64,000 bases of DNA from an uncultured Gemmatimonadaceae bacterium (GTDB lineage: Bacteria > Gemmatimonadota > Gemmatimonadetes > Gemmatimonadales > Gemmatimonadaceae), in NCBI GenBank assembly GCA_963740355.1, contig CAVUDW010000002.1, positions 1,088,001-1,152,000 on the forward strand. The letters run 5' to 3'. Positions 29,535 to 39,109 of the stretch are shown piece by piece. How positions within the stretch are numbered: position 1 is the first letter of the stretch; each line of letters opens with the position of its first letter. Made by a program: the position numbers and the translations under genes. Under the pieces are notes generated by a model. That model saw only the letters and a list, made by a program, of their open reading frames with translations, was not told the DNA's origin and did no database searches.

Positions 29535-32009
29535 TCACTGAACGCGCGCAGCGGCCGCCGTCCGATCGGGGAAGGGCAGGACGACCTGCGCACCATCGCC
29601 ATCGTCCTCGTCTTCCGCCTCGACCGGCGCGACCTCCGGAATGACTTCGCGCGGTAACATCGCCCGATCGAGCACCTCGTCCATCGTCTGCACGAACGTG
29701 AAGGTCATGCGCTCGCGCACTTCGAGTGGAATATCGCGAATGTCCTTCGCGTTTCCCTGCGGCACGATGACTTCGCGCAGCCCGGCCCGATACGCGGCCA
29801 GCACCTTCTCCTTCAGGCCACCGATCTCGAGCGCCTTGCCGCGCAGCGTCACCTCGCCGGTCATGGCCATATCGCGGCGCACGCGACGACCGCTGAGCAC
29901 ACTGGCGATGGCCAGGGTCACGGCGAGGCCGGCACTCGGACCATCTTTCGGGATCGCACCCGCAGGGAAGTGAATGTGCAGGTCCGTGTCGCGGAACTCG
30001 TCGTCGGCGATGTTGAGCAGGTTGCTGCGCGAACGCACGTATGAATACGCGGCATCGACCGACTCGCGCATCACTTCGCCCAGCTGCCCCGTCACCGTGA
30101 GGCGACCGGTGCCGGGCATCTTGAGTGCCTCGATCAGCATCAACTCGCCGCCATTCGGTGTCCAGGCGAGGCCCGTCACGACGCCGACTTCTGGCTCCTG
30201 CTCGGTTTCCTCGGCCGCAAACTGCGGAACGCCCAGCAGTTCTTCCGCCTTCTGCGGCGTGATGGTCCATGGCTCCATCTCGCCTTCGGCCTTGCGGCGT
30301 GCGCGCTTGCGCAGCACGGCAGCCACCTGCCGCTCAAAGTTGCGGAGCCCCGCTTCGCGACTGTAGCGCGCCGCGATGAACTGCAGCGCTTCATCGGTGA
30401 ACACGGCGTCTTCCTCGGTCAAGCCATGCTCGGTGCAGAGCTTGGGAATGAGGTAGCGCCACGCGATCTGCACCTTCTCTTCCGAGGTGTAGCCCGCGAT
30501 GCGGATCACTTCCAGTCGGTCGCGCAGCGCCGCTGGAATGTCGTAAAGATTGTTGGCGGTGCAGATGAAGAGCACCGAACTGAGGTCGAACGGTTGATTG
30601 AGGTAGTGGTCGACGAATGACTTGTTCTGCGACGGGTCGAGCACCTCGAGCATCGCGGCGGTCGGATCTCCGGTCGCACCGCCGGTGCCCATCTTGTCGA
30701 TCTCGTCGATCATCACCACCGGATCGCGCACACCAGTGCGGCGCAACGCCTGAATCAGCAGGCCGGGCATGGCGGCAACGTACGTGCGACGATGTCCACG
30801 CACTTCGGCCTCATCTCGCACGCCACCGACCGAAATACGGTGGAACTCACGTCCGATCGAGGTTGCGATGGCCTCGCCGAGCGAGGTCTTGCCGGTGCCT
30901 GGCGGACCAACGAAGCAGAGGATCGGGCCAGCCGGATCACCACCGCGCAGTTTGCGCACCGCGAGATACTCGATGATGCGTTCCTTCGCCTCACCAAGAC
31001 CGTAGTGTCGTGTGTCGAGCGCGGAACCGACTTTCTCGAGCGAGATATCGCGATCCCCCGACTTCTTCGACCAGGGCAATGACAGCACCCAGTCGAGATA
31101 GGTGCGAAGCACCTGATACTCGCTGCTGGCGGGCGACAACATGCGCAACCGTTCACACTCGCGACGAGCCTCGATCGAGACCTTCTCCGGCAGGTGCGCT
31201 TCATCGATGCGGCGCAGCAGCTCGGTGCTTTCGCGCTCGCCGGGATCGGTCTCGCCCAGCTCGGTCTGGATCGCGCGCAACTGCTGCTTGAGGAAGAACT
31301 CGCGCTGGTGCTGCTCGATCTTCACTTCGGTGGTCTTCTTCACGTCGTCCATGACGCGTGCGCGCGCCACTTCGCGTTCGAGGCGACCGAGAATGAAGCG
31401 CAGGCGGTCACCGACGTCGAGCTTCTGCAGCACGTCGTCCTTGTCGGCGATCTTGAAGTTCAGGTTCGTGGCGGCGAGATCGGCAAAACGCCCGGGGTCC
31501 GAGACGTTCATGCGGAGGATCGCCGGAATTTCGCCCGGGATGCGATCCACGAGGCTGGCGAGGGTTTCGGTCGCGCTGACGATGCGCGTGACCAGTTCCT
31601 CGACTTCGAACGCAGGCGGCAGTACATCCCACGCCGGCGACACGGCGGCCACCACGAACGGCGAGGCCTGGTCGATGCGCTGGATGGTGATGCGGCGAAG
31701 TCCCTGCAGCGTGATCTGCACGGTATCACCGGGCAGGTTGATTCGTTCGTGCACGCGGGCGGCGACGCCGATCTTGCCCACGAACTCCTGCGCATCCGGC
31801 GCGTCTTCGAGCTCGCCACCCGCAACCACCAGCGCCACTACCACGCCGGGTTCGTCGAACGCCCGCAGCAGCGCGAGGTTTTCCGGGCTGCCCATCTGGA
31901 CCGCGATTGTCCCGAGCGGATAGACCATCGTCGAGCGCAGCGCCATCAACGGCAGCGTTGGTGGCAATTCGGCGCGAAGGATCTCGTCCCGGCGTTGGGA
32001 GTGAGTCAT
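29535..32009 (-). CDS. lon: ATP-dependent protease La
   Basis: LON N-domain, GPPGTGKTS, GHRRTY, IDEIDK, LEVLDP, PKDGPSAG, IGGLKEK; ATG at 32009. Confidence 0.97.
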   Translation of the reverse strand: MTHSQRRDEILRAELPPTLPLMALRSTMVYPLGTIAVQMGSPENLALLRAFDEPGVVVALVVAGGELEDAPDAQEFVGKIGVAARVHERINLPGDTVQITLQGLRRITIQRIDQASPFVVAAVSPAWDVLPPAFEVEELVTRIVSATETLASLVDRIPGEIPAILRMNVSDPGRFADLAATNLNFKIADKDDVLQKLDVGDRLRFILGRLEREVARARVMDDVKKTTEVKIEQHQREFFLKQQLRAIQTELGETDPGERESTELLRRIDEAHLPEKVSIEARRECERLRMLSPASSEYQVLRTYLDWVLSLPWSKKSGDRDISLEKVGSALDTRHYGLGEAKERIIEYLAVRKLRGGDPAGPILCFVGPPGTGKTSLGEAIATSIGREFHRISVGGVRDEAEVRGHRRTYVAAMPGLLIQALRRTGVRDPVVMIDEIDKMGTGGATGDPTAAMLEVLDPSQNKSFVDHYLNQPFDLSSVLFICTANNLYDIPAALRDRLEVIRIAGYTSEEKVQIAWRYLIPKLCTEHGLTEEDAVFTDEALQFIAARYSREAGLRNFERQVAAVLRKRARRKAEGEMEPWTITPQKAEELLGVPQFAAEETEQEPEVGVVTGLAWTPNGGELMLIEALKMPGTGRLTVTGQLGEVMRESVDAAYSYVRSRSNLLNIADDEFRDTDLHIHFPAGAIPKDGPSAGLAVTLAIASVLSGRRVRRDMAMTGEVTLRGKALEIGGLKEKVLAAYRAGLREVIVPQGNAKDIRDIPLEVRERMTFTFVQTMDEVLDRAMLPREVIPEVAPVEAEDEDDGDGAQVVLPFPDRTAAAARVQ

Positions 32010-32350
32010 CGGTTCCCGACAAGAGGTAAGCACGGTCTCATCTGCCGTTTTCGACAGACGCTAACAATCGCCGCCGCCCGGGCTCTACGCCACCCGTCTT
32101 CGGTCGGATCACACGGACCTTCGTCCCGCCCTGCAGCACAGCGCAGTGTCGGCGTCGCAACGGCTGCGCTGTTGTGTCGCTACCGGTCTCGACAATCGAT
32201 AGGTAGGTCGACAGATCGCCATCACAAGACTGCCAATCTCATCCATTCGTGAACTGTCTCTAATCCTTTTCCAACCTCCTCAGACGTCGCACACACGCCC
32301 GCGTCACCGGGCTCTGCCATAGACAGTGACTGCTCGGCTCGCCGCGACGC

Positions 32351-32568
32351 TGGCGGTCCACACGCTCTGCGCCGCTACGCTGCGCTTTCGCTTGGCGGTC
32401 CACACGCTCTGCGCCGCGACGCTGCGCTTTCGCTTGGCGGTCCACACGCTCTGCGCCGCGACGCTTTCGCTTGGCGGTCCACACGCTCTGCGCCGCGACG
32501 CTGCGCTTTCGCCTGGCGGTCCACACGCTCTGCGCCGCGACGCTGCGCTTTCGCCTAGCGGTCCACAC
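32351..32568. repeat. Tandem array of a 42-bp unit, about 5.3 copies
   Basis: TGGCGGTCCACACGCTCTGCGCCGCGACGCTGCGCTTTCGCT starting at 32351, 32393, 32435 (37 bp, 5-bp deletion), 32472, 32514 and a partial copy at 32556. Confidence 0.95.
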
Positions 32569-32869
32569 TTCCTCACGCGGAGGCGCGGAGAACCGCGGAG
32601 CCGCGGAGGTTTCGCGCGCGGCAGCCAGCTCATGCGTGGTGCGGAGGTTGAACTGCGGGGGAACTTCGCTCGCGGCCGCCACCTCCGGCACCGAGTAGCG
32701 GTATCGTGCGCACAACAACGCCGCCGTACGGGCCGACACCCCAAAAGCAGTTGTTCTGGCTGTTGCCGTTGCCCTTCGCCCGGTGTTGACCCCTCCGCCG
32801 CCACAGGCGTCCCGAGCAGTTCCCCGCGGCTCCGCGTCCTCCGCGCCTCCGCGTGAGGGAGTGTAGACC
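32560..32869. repeat. Long imperfect inverted repeat (about 46-bp arms) enclosing about 215 bp
   Basis: 32560-32606 GGTCCACACTTCCTCACGCGGAGGCGCGGAGAACCGCGGAGCCGCGG matches the reverse complement of 32824-32869. Confidence 0.85.
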
Positions 32870-32939
32870 ATCGCCGCCAAAGGCGTCGGCGCCGTAGAGC
32901 GGTGATGAACGCGGTGGTCAACGCGGCGCGTGACTTGTT
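32815..32939. repeat. 125-bp repeat, copy 1
   Basis: AGCAGTTCCCCGCGGCTCCGCG...GACTTGTT; about 9 substitutions versus the copy at 33203. Confidence 0.92.
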
Positions 32940-33007
32940 TGCGCTCAGGAGGACGGTGTTCCCAGATACCCAAAACGCTCGCGACGAGACCAACGCTGCT
33001 GCGGTCG

Positions 33008-33130
33008 CACTCCGTGAGCTCCGTTCGCTCCCCCTCATTGCAGTTGCTTCCCTCGCGACCGCGAGCGACCGCTGCACCGCGCACCGACGCTAACAGCAAT
33101 TGGGGGGGAGGCCACGGAGCTCACGGAGTG
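33008..33130. repeat. 17-bp perfect inverted repeat
   Basis: CACTCCGTGAGCTCCGT (33008-33024) / ACGGAGCTCACGGAGTG (33114-33130). Confidence 0.85.
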
Positions 33131-33202
33131 CTCCGGTAGCAGCCTTGGCCTCTTCCCCAGCGACGGTGTGAAGGGAACGGCTGGAGCGACTCCGTCGCCA
33201 TC

Positions 33203-33327
33203 AGCAGTTCCCCGCGGCTCCGCGTCCCCCGCGCCTCCGCGTGAGGGAGTGTAGACCATCGCCGCCAAAGGCGTCGGGACGGTACAGCGACGATGAACGC
33301 GGTGGTCCACGCGGCGCGTAACTTGTT
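33203..33327. repeat. 125-bp repeat, copy 2
   Basis: Direct repeat of 32815-32939; ends about 30 bp before the ffh start. Confidence 0.92.
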
Positions 33328-33359
33328 CAGGGATGAGCGTTTGCGTAACTTTTTGATCT

Positions 33360-34679
33360 ATGTTTGACGAGCTCAGCGAAAAAATTGGGGCCGCTTTCTC
33401 CAAGCTCCGGGGAAAGGGCGTACTCACGGAAGCCGACATCAAGGACGGCCTGCGTGAGGTGCGACGTGTGCTCCTCGAGGCGGACGTCAGCTTCGGGCTG
33501 ACACGCGAATTCCTCGAACGCGTCGAAAAGAAGGCCGTCGGGCTCGCCGCCCTCAAGACCGTCCGGCCCGAGCAGCAGCTCGTCAAGATCGTGCACGAAG
33601 AGCTCACCGCCATGCTCGGCGAGCGGCGCGAAGGGCTGAAGCTGAGCACCGTGCCGCCCACCGTCGTGCTGATGGTCGGCTTGCAGGGCTCCGGCAAGAC
33701 CACCACGACGGCGAAGCTCGCGCTCCGGATGCAGAAGGAGCAGCGCCAGGTTCGGCTCATCGCGGCCGACGTGTACCGTCCGGCGGCCATCGATCAGCTC
33801 GAGACCCTGGGGAAGCAGCTGAATGTGCCGGTGTTCGCCCGTCGCGACACCACCGACGTCGTGCAGATCGTGCGCGATGGTCTCGAAGTCGCACGCCGTG
33901 AGCGCGACCGCATCGTCTTCATCGACACCGCCGGTCGGCTGCAGATCGACGACAACCTGATGGACGAACTCCGGCGCGTGAAGGAAGTCGCTCGCCCAGA
34001 TGAAATCCTGCTGGTGGCCGACGGCATGACCGGTCAGGACGCCGTGAAGATCGCCGAGGGCTTCAACAACGCGCTCGGCATCACCGGCATCATCCTCACC
34101 AAGATGGACGGCGATGCACGTGGCGGCGCGGCGCTCTCCGTGTACGGCGCGACCAAGAAGCCGATCAAGTACATCGGCGTCGGCGAGAAGGTGGATGCCC
34201 TCGAGGAATTCCACCCCGACCGCATGGCCGGGCGCATCCTCCAGATGGGCGACGTCCTGTCGCTGGTCGAGAAGGCACAGGAGTCGTTCGACGCCGACGA
34301 GGCCAAGAAGCTCGAGAAGAAGGTCCGCCGCGAAGGCATGGACCTGAACGACTTCCTCGGCGCGATGAAGCAGATCGAGAAGCTTGGGCCGCTGGAAGGG
34401 ATCCTGAAGATGATCCCGGGCGTCAACACCAAGGCGCTCAAGCAGGCCAAGATGGACCCCAAGCGGATGCGCCACGTCGAGGCGATCGTCCTCAGCATGA
34501 CCATGGCGGAGCGGAAGAAGCCGGAGCTGATCAACGGCTCGCGGCGCCTGCGGATCGCCAAGGGCTCGGGGCGGACCGTGGCCGAGGTGAACCGGCTGCT
34601 GGACCAGTTCCGGGACATGCAGAAGATGATGAAGAAGGTCACCGCCAGCGGTGGCCGGAACCCGTTCGGACGCGGCTGA
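33360..34679 (+). CDS. ffh: Signal recognition particle protein
   Basis: LLEADV, GLQGSGKTT, DVYRPAA, DTAGR, TKMDGDARGG, FHPDRMAGRILQMGD, SRRLRIAKGSG. Confidence 0.98.
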   Translation: MFDELSEKIGAAFSKLRGKGVLTEADIKDGLREVRRVLLEADVSFGLTREFLERVEKKAVGLAALKTVRPEQQLVKIVHEELTAMLGERREGLKLSTVPPTVVLMVGLQGSGKTTTTAKLALRMQKEQRQVRLIAADVYRPAAIDQLETLGKQLNVPVFARRDTTDVVQIVRDGLEVARRERDRIVFIDTAGRLQIDDNLMDELRRVKEVARPDEILLVADGMTGQDAVKIAEGFNNALGITGIILTKMDGDARGGAALSVYGATKKPIKYIGVGEKVDALEEFHPDRMAGRILQMGDVLSLVEKAQESFDADEAKKLEKKVRREGMDLNDFLGAMKQIEKLGPLEGILKMIPGVNTKALKQAKMDPKRMRHVEAIVLSMTMAERKKPELINGSRRLRIAKGSGRTVAEVNRLLDQFRDMQKMMKKVTASGGRNPFGRG

Positions 34680-34733
34680 CCGCCGCCAGCTCTTCCCAGC
34701 CCATCCCACTTCGGGCTCGGCTCCCTTAGCTTT

Positions 34734-34867
34734 AACGGCTCGGTCAGAAATGGCCGGGTTGGCAGGACCTCGGGTGCACCGATCGAATCGTCGATCGGCG
34801 CGAGGAGCCCGGGCCGGTGGAGGGCGCGTCTTTCGACCCGCTGTCGCACCGCGTACGACGAGCCGTT
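34734..34867 (+). ncRNA. Candidate structured 5' leader RNA of the rpsP operon
   Basis: Closing stem AACGGCTCG/CGAGCCGTT, GAAA-tetraloop hairpin and nested helices, starting just after a -10-like TAGCTT. Confidence 0.4.
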
Positions 34868-34922
34868 GCGCATGCGCTCCGTGTTCGGTCGTCCGACATC
34901 ACGTCCCTCAGAGGATGCCCAG

Positions 34923-35240
34923 ATGGTTCGTATTCGTCTCCGCCGCGTCGGCCGCAAGAAGGCCCCGGTTTATCGTATCGTCGTTGCTGACAGCAAGAGC
35001 CCGCGCGACGGCAAGTTCATCGAGATCATCGGCACCTATTCGCCGCGTCTCACTGAGGGTGCCGTGACGATCAAGGTCGATCGTGCCAATCACTGGCTGG
35101 ACGTCGGCGCGCAGGCGTCGGACACGGTGCGCTCGCTGCTCCGCAAGGGTGGCGTGCTCAAGGCTCGTCATGAAGCCCGCCTCGCGAAGAAGCTGTCCGC
35201 TGCTGCGGTGCCGCTCTCCGAAGGCGCAAAGGCCGAGTGA
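34923..35240 (+). CDS. rpsP: 30S ribosomal protein S16
   Basis: [34 protein letters not shown]. Confidence 0.98.
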   Translation: MVRIRLRRVGRKKAPVYRIVVADSKSPRDGKFIEIIGTYSPRLTEGAVTIKVDRANHWLDVGAQASDTVRSLLRKGGVLKARHEARLAKKLSAAAVPLSEGAKAE

Positions 35241-35824
35241 GTGACATGGGCGCGCCCGCGCTCATGATCGTCGGGCGCGTCCGCAAGGCACATGGCATCC
35301 GCGGCGAGTTGCTCGTGGAGCCCATCACCGACGCGCCCGATACGGTCTTCGTATCGGGCCGTCGGCTTTTTGCTGGTACGGCAACCGGCGATCCGTCGCC
35401 GGACGGGCAGGAGTTGCACATCACCGCCGTGCGCCAGCACATGGACTCGGTGCGATTGACGATCAAGGAAGTGCCCGATCGGACCGCGGCAGAATTGTGG
35501 CGCGGTCGATTCCTGTTGGCACCGAAAGACGAATTGCCGCCGCCCGCCGAGGATGAGGTCTACATCCATGAGCTGCTCGGCATGCAGGTCGTGCATGTCG
35601 ATGGTCGTGCGCTGGGGCAGGTGGCGGACACGTACGACCTGCCGCAGGGCCTGATGCTCGACGTGCGCCCCGTCAACGGCGGTCCCACCTACTTCATCCC
35701 CTGGCGCGACGAAATTCTCGTCAACGTCGATGAAGTGGCGCGCGTGATCACCGTCGATCCGCCGGAAGGGCTGCTTCCCGAAGGATTGCTGCAGGCGGAA
35801 GGACACCCCTCGGACGAGGCGTGA
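35237..35824 (+). CDS. rimM: 16S rRNA processing protein RimM
   Basis: [38 protein letters not shown]; operon position. Confidence 0.95.
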   Translation: MSDMGAPALMIVGRVRKAHGIRGELLVEPITDAPDTVFVSGRRLFAGTATGDPSPDGQELHITAVRQHMDSVRLTIKEVPDRTAAELWRGRFLLAPKDELPPPAEDEVYIHELLGMQVVHVDGRALGQVADTYDLPQGLMLDVRPVNGGPTYFIPWRDEILVNVDEVARVITVDPPEGLLPEGLLQAEGHPSDEA

Positions 35825-36540
35825 CGGTGCCCGAGGTGACGACCGATGCGGCAGGAAGCCCGGGAGGCCCGCGCGCCCCGCTGGTCATCAACATCGTGAG
35901 CATCTTTCCGGAATTCTTTGCGACACCGCTCGCGATCAGCATTCCGTCGAAAGCCGCAGCTGCCGGCAGCGTGATCTACAACGTGGTCGACCTGCGCAGC
36001 TTCACGCACGACAAGCACCGCACGGTGGATGACTATCCGTACGGCGGAGGTCCTGGCATGGTGATGAAGCCCACGCCGTTCTTCGAGGCGGTCGAGCATC
36101 TCGGCGCGACGGCGCCGATCGTCTTGCTTTCGCCGCGCGGCAAGACCTTTTCGCAGGCGGATGCACATCGTTTCGCAGCCGGCACCGAATTGACGCTGTT
36201 GTGTGGTCACTACAAGGACGTCGACCAACGCGTCGCGGATCATCTGGCGACGGAAGAACTGTCGCTCGGCGATTTCGTGCTCAGTGGCGGTGAGCCCGCC
36301 GCGTTGGCAATCGTCGATGCCGTCGCGCGATTGTTGCCCGGCGCGATGAGTGATCACGACTCGGCCGCGACCGATTCCTTCTACGGCGGCGCCGGCGTGA
36401 GCGCACCGAGCTACACGCGGCCTGAGGAATACCGCGGCCTGCGCGTGCCGGACGTCCTGCTTTCGGGTCATCACGCGAAGATTGCCGAATGGCGTCGGAG
36501 CGAGGGTGAACGTCGCACCAGTTCCCGCAAGGACGCGTGA
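35821..36540 (+). CDS. trmD: tRNA (guanine37-N1)-methyltransferase
   Basis: VDDYPYGGGPGMVM, LSPRG, SLGDFVLSGGE, YTRP, LLSGHH. Confidence 0.97.
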   Translation: MTVPEVTTDAAGSPGGPRAPLVINIVSIFPEFFATPLAISIPSKAAAAGSVIYNVVDLRSFTHDKHRTVDDYPYGGGPGMVMKPTPFFEAVEHLGATAPIVLLSPRGKTFSQADAHRFAAGTELTLLCGHYKDVDQRVADHLATEELSLGDFVLSGGEPAALAIVDAVARLLPGAMSDHDSAATDSFYGGAGVSAPSYTRPEEYRGLRVPDVLLSGHHAKIAEWRRSEGERRTSSRKDA

Positions 36541-37343
36541 TGCGCTCGGCAACGCCCCGCGGCTCGCTGACCGCGATCGTTGCGGTCGCGTTCATGCTGC
36601 TGCTGGTTGCGTGTGGGGGAGCGAAGGACGCCGCGCCTGCAGTCATGAGAGACAGTACGCAGATACCAGCGGCGGCGCCCGCACCGGTGGTCGTTCGCCA
36701 ACCGCTGCGCGTCGACACCGCTGACACGTATGTGCTCGAGTTCTGGCCGCTCGCCGTGGCGCCTGGTCGGCAGCTCGACGAGACGCGTCGCATCGTCGAA
36801 CATCTGCAGGCCGATCTCACGCTCGTGCCGGGCTTCGTCAGTGCCACGTTGCTCGCCAGCGGTGATGGCTCCGGGTTGCTTCTGGTGGCGGCGTGGCTCG
36901 ACGATGCCGCCGCCGACCAGGCGGGGGGGCGATTGTCGGAATGGCTGCACGCCGAATCCGACACCGCCATCCGACGCCGGCGCGTTGGCACGGCGACGGC
37001 GCGCGTGGTCGTGCGTCGCACCGTGGGTACGCCGCCGATCCTGTCCGACGCGGCCATGCTGCAGTTCACGCGCTACGCCCTCAAGCCGGGCCATTCGTTC
37101 GGCGCGTTGGCAGCGCTGGCCGACAGCAATCTTGCCATGCGTGTGCTGCAGGACACGGCGGCGCAGGGTGGCGCGACGCTGGCCGCCGCCGACAGTGGGG
37201 CGGTGTATATGCTGATGCAGGCGCGCACGGCCGCCGCGCTCGATCCCAACCTGCGCCCGGCCGGCCCGATGCCGTTCTGGGCTCCGTTTGCGGAACGCGA
37301 GGAACAGCTGCTGGCGGTCGTCGCCATCGTGCATCACCGCTGA
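36540..37343 (+). CDS. Hypothetical lipoprotein with probable tandem ABM-like (dimeric alpha/beta barrel) domains
   Basis: Lipobox LVAC; PGFVSATLLAS.DG...LVAAW ABM signature; start overlaps the trmD stop. Confidence 0.65.
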   Translation: MRSATPRGSLTAIVAVAFMLLLVACGGAKDAAPAVMRDSTQIPAAAPAPVVVRQPLRVDTADTYVLEFWPLAVAPGRQLDETRRIVEHLQADLTLVPGFVSATLLASGDGSGLLLVAAWLDDAAADQAGGRLSEWLHAESDTAIRRRRVGTATARVVVRRTVGTPPILSDAAMLQFTRYALKPGHSFGALAALADSNLAMRVLQDTAAQGGATLAAADSGAVYMLMQARTAAALDPNLRPAGPMPFWAPFAEREEQLLAVVAIVHHR

Positions 37344-37474
37344 CACTTCCGTGTGACCTCAGTAGTTAGCGCCTCGTCGTCGGGTATCTCGCCACTTTGG
37401 CGCGCCTGCCTGTTTCCCACCGAGCCGCCTGCAGTCGAATCGCCTGCAGCTGACTTTGCCGTCCGAGATCCCGC

Positions 37475-37921
37475 GTGAACGTGCTCCTCAACGCCATCGT
37501 CCGCCGTATCACGATCTTCATCGGCGCCACGCTCGGCACGTTCGTGAGCTACATCGCGGTGAGCGAGGTGTACGGGCTGATGAGCGACACACCAACGCCG
37601 GACGCCTTGAGCATGACCGTGGCCCGGATCCTGGGCCGAGTGGTGGTGAGCCTGACGGCCGGCCATGCGATGGCGCTGGGTATTCTCGCCTTCGCGGGTC
37701 GCGGGTATTCGGTGCCGGCCCTCGTGCGCAGCACCTACTCGGGGATCGCCTGCGCCACCGTCCTGGAGGCGGCGTATCTCTGGAACCCGTTCACGGCGGC
37801 GATCAGCCAGTACCGGATCGTGCAGCTGGCCGCGGGCGTGGTGGTGTCGGTGCTGATTTGCGCGGCGCGGGCTCCGCGGCGTCAGGAAGGGCTGCCGCCG
37901 GTGCTGGTCGAGCCGACCTAG
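37475..37921 (+). CDS. Hypothetical membrane protein (about 4 TM)
   Basis: Four hydrophobic segments; high GC3 in this frame. Confidence 0.7.
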   Translation: MNVLLNAIVRRITIFIGATLGTFVSYIAVSEVYGLMSDTPTPDALSMTVARILGRVVVSLTAGHAMALGILAFAGRGYSVPALVRSTYSGIACATVLEAAYLWNPFTAAISQYRIVQLAAGVVVSVLICAARAPRRQEGLPPVLVEPT

Positions 37922-38074
37922 GTCGGCCCGTTCCCGGGCTGACGTGCCAAGGGCCACGCCGGCTGCCGTGCGGATAGCGCCCACTACCATCCGGAGTCGC
38001 TCGGGGTTAACCTTCTCGGCTCACCGAAACAACCCCAGCCGGCGCCGCATTGCGGGCGCCCCGCAGAGCGTGAT

Positions 38075-38443
38075 ATGCACCCGTTCATCGAAACACAGAA
38101 AGAGTGGATGCGCGAAATTCCCCCGTTCCGCGCGGGCGACACGGTTCGTGTCAACGTGCGCGTGAAGGAAGGGGAAAAGGAGCGCCTCCAGGCCTTTGAA
38201 GGCACGGTCATCGCCCGCCGCGGCAGTGGCGTGAGCGCGACCTTCACGGTCCGCAAGATTTCGAACGGTGTCGGCGTCGAGCGCATCTTCCCGGATCACA
38301 GCCCGATGCTTGGCGAGATCATCGTCGTGCGCCGCGGTCGTGTGCGTCGCGCGAAGCTGTATTACCTGCGCGGCGTGACGGGCAAGGCTGCCCGCATCAA
38401 GGAGCGCAAGGTTCGCGTCGGGGCCGACAAGGCCGCTCGCTGA
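38075..38443 (+). CDS. rplS: 50S ribosomal protein L19
   Basis: [43 protein letters not shown]. Confidence 0.98.
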   Translation: MHPFIETQKEWMREIPPFRAGDTVRVNVRVKEGEKERLQAFEGTVIARRGSGVSATFTVRKISNGVGVERIFPDHSPMLGEIIVVRRGRVRRAKLYYLRGVTGKAARIKERKVRVGADKAAR

Positions 38444-38461
38444 GCCTGCTCCATTCGCTCC

Positions 38462-39109
38462 ATGCCTGCACGCACGCAGAGCTGGGGCGCGCTCGAAGCT
38501 GACGCACGACAGACCGGCCACTCACGCATCGTCGGAGTGGATGAGGTCGGACGGGGCCCCCTTGCGGGCCCCGTTGTCGCATGTGCCATCCTGCTTCCCG
38601 CCGACTGCCGCGACATCGAAGGCGTCGGCGATTCCAAGGCACTGCGCGCCGCTGATCGTGAGCGGCTGGCGATCGAGATCCGACGGGTGGCACTGGCCAT
38701 CGGCATCGGTGCTGCCAGCGCCGCAGAGATCGATCGCGTGAATATCTACCAGGCCACCGCGATCGCGATGCGCCGCGCGATTGCGCGAATCCCCGCGCCG
38801 TGGGACCTGCTGCTGATCGATGGCTCGCCATTCGGCGCGCTTGGACTGCCGCACACCGCCGTCGTGAAAGGTGATGCCTGCTGCCTCAGCATCGCGTGCG
38901 CCTCGATCATCGCCAAGGTGACGCGTGACAGGCTCCTCACCGCGCTCGATCGCCGTCATCCGAGGTATGGCTGGTGCAGCAATGCCGGATACGGCACGCC
39001 TGGACATCTCGCCGCGCTGGCAGAGTTTGGCGCCACTGCGCACCACCGCCGAAGTTTCCGCCCGCTTCGCGTCGAACCTGATCTTTTCTCACTCGAGCAA
39101 CCCGCATGA
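38462..39109 (+). CDS. rnhB: Ribonuclease HII
   Basis: GVDEVGRGPLAGPV, DSK, KGD, SIACASIIAKVTRD, GYGT, HRRSF. Confidence 0.96.
   Translation: MPARTQSWGALEADARQTGHSRIVGVDEVGRGPLAGPVVACAILLPADCRDIEGVGDSKALRAADRERLAIEIRRVALAIGIGAASAAEIDRVNIYQATAIAMRRAIARIPAPWDLLLIDGSPFGALGLPHTAVVKGDACCLSIACASIIAKVTRDRLLTALDRRHPRYGWCSNAGYGTPGHLAALAEFGATAHHRRSFRPLRVEPDLFSLEQPA

Noticed and set aside
32351..32568. Possible CRISPR array
   Set aside because: Units are contiguous and near-identical with no unique spacers, and no cas genes are in the window
32260..33099. ORFs of 176-279 aa over the repeat region
   Set aside because: They occur in several frames on both strands, simply translate the repeats, and show no consistent codon bias
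32010..34922. SRP (4.5S) RNA near ffh
   Set aside because: The domain IV signature CAGG..CGGAAGGAAGCAG was not found in either flanking spacer
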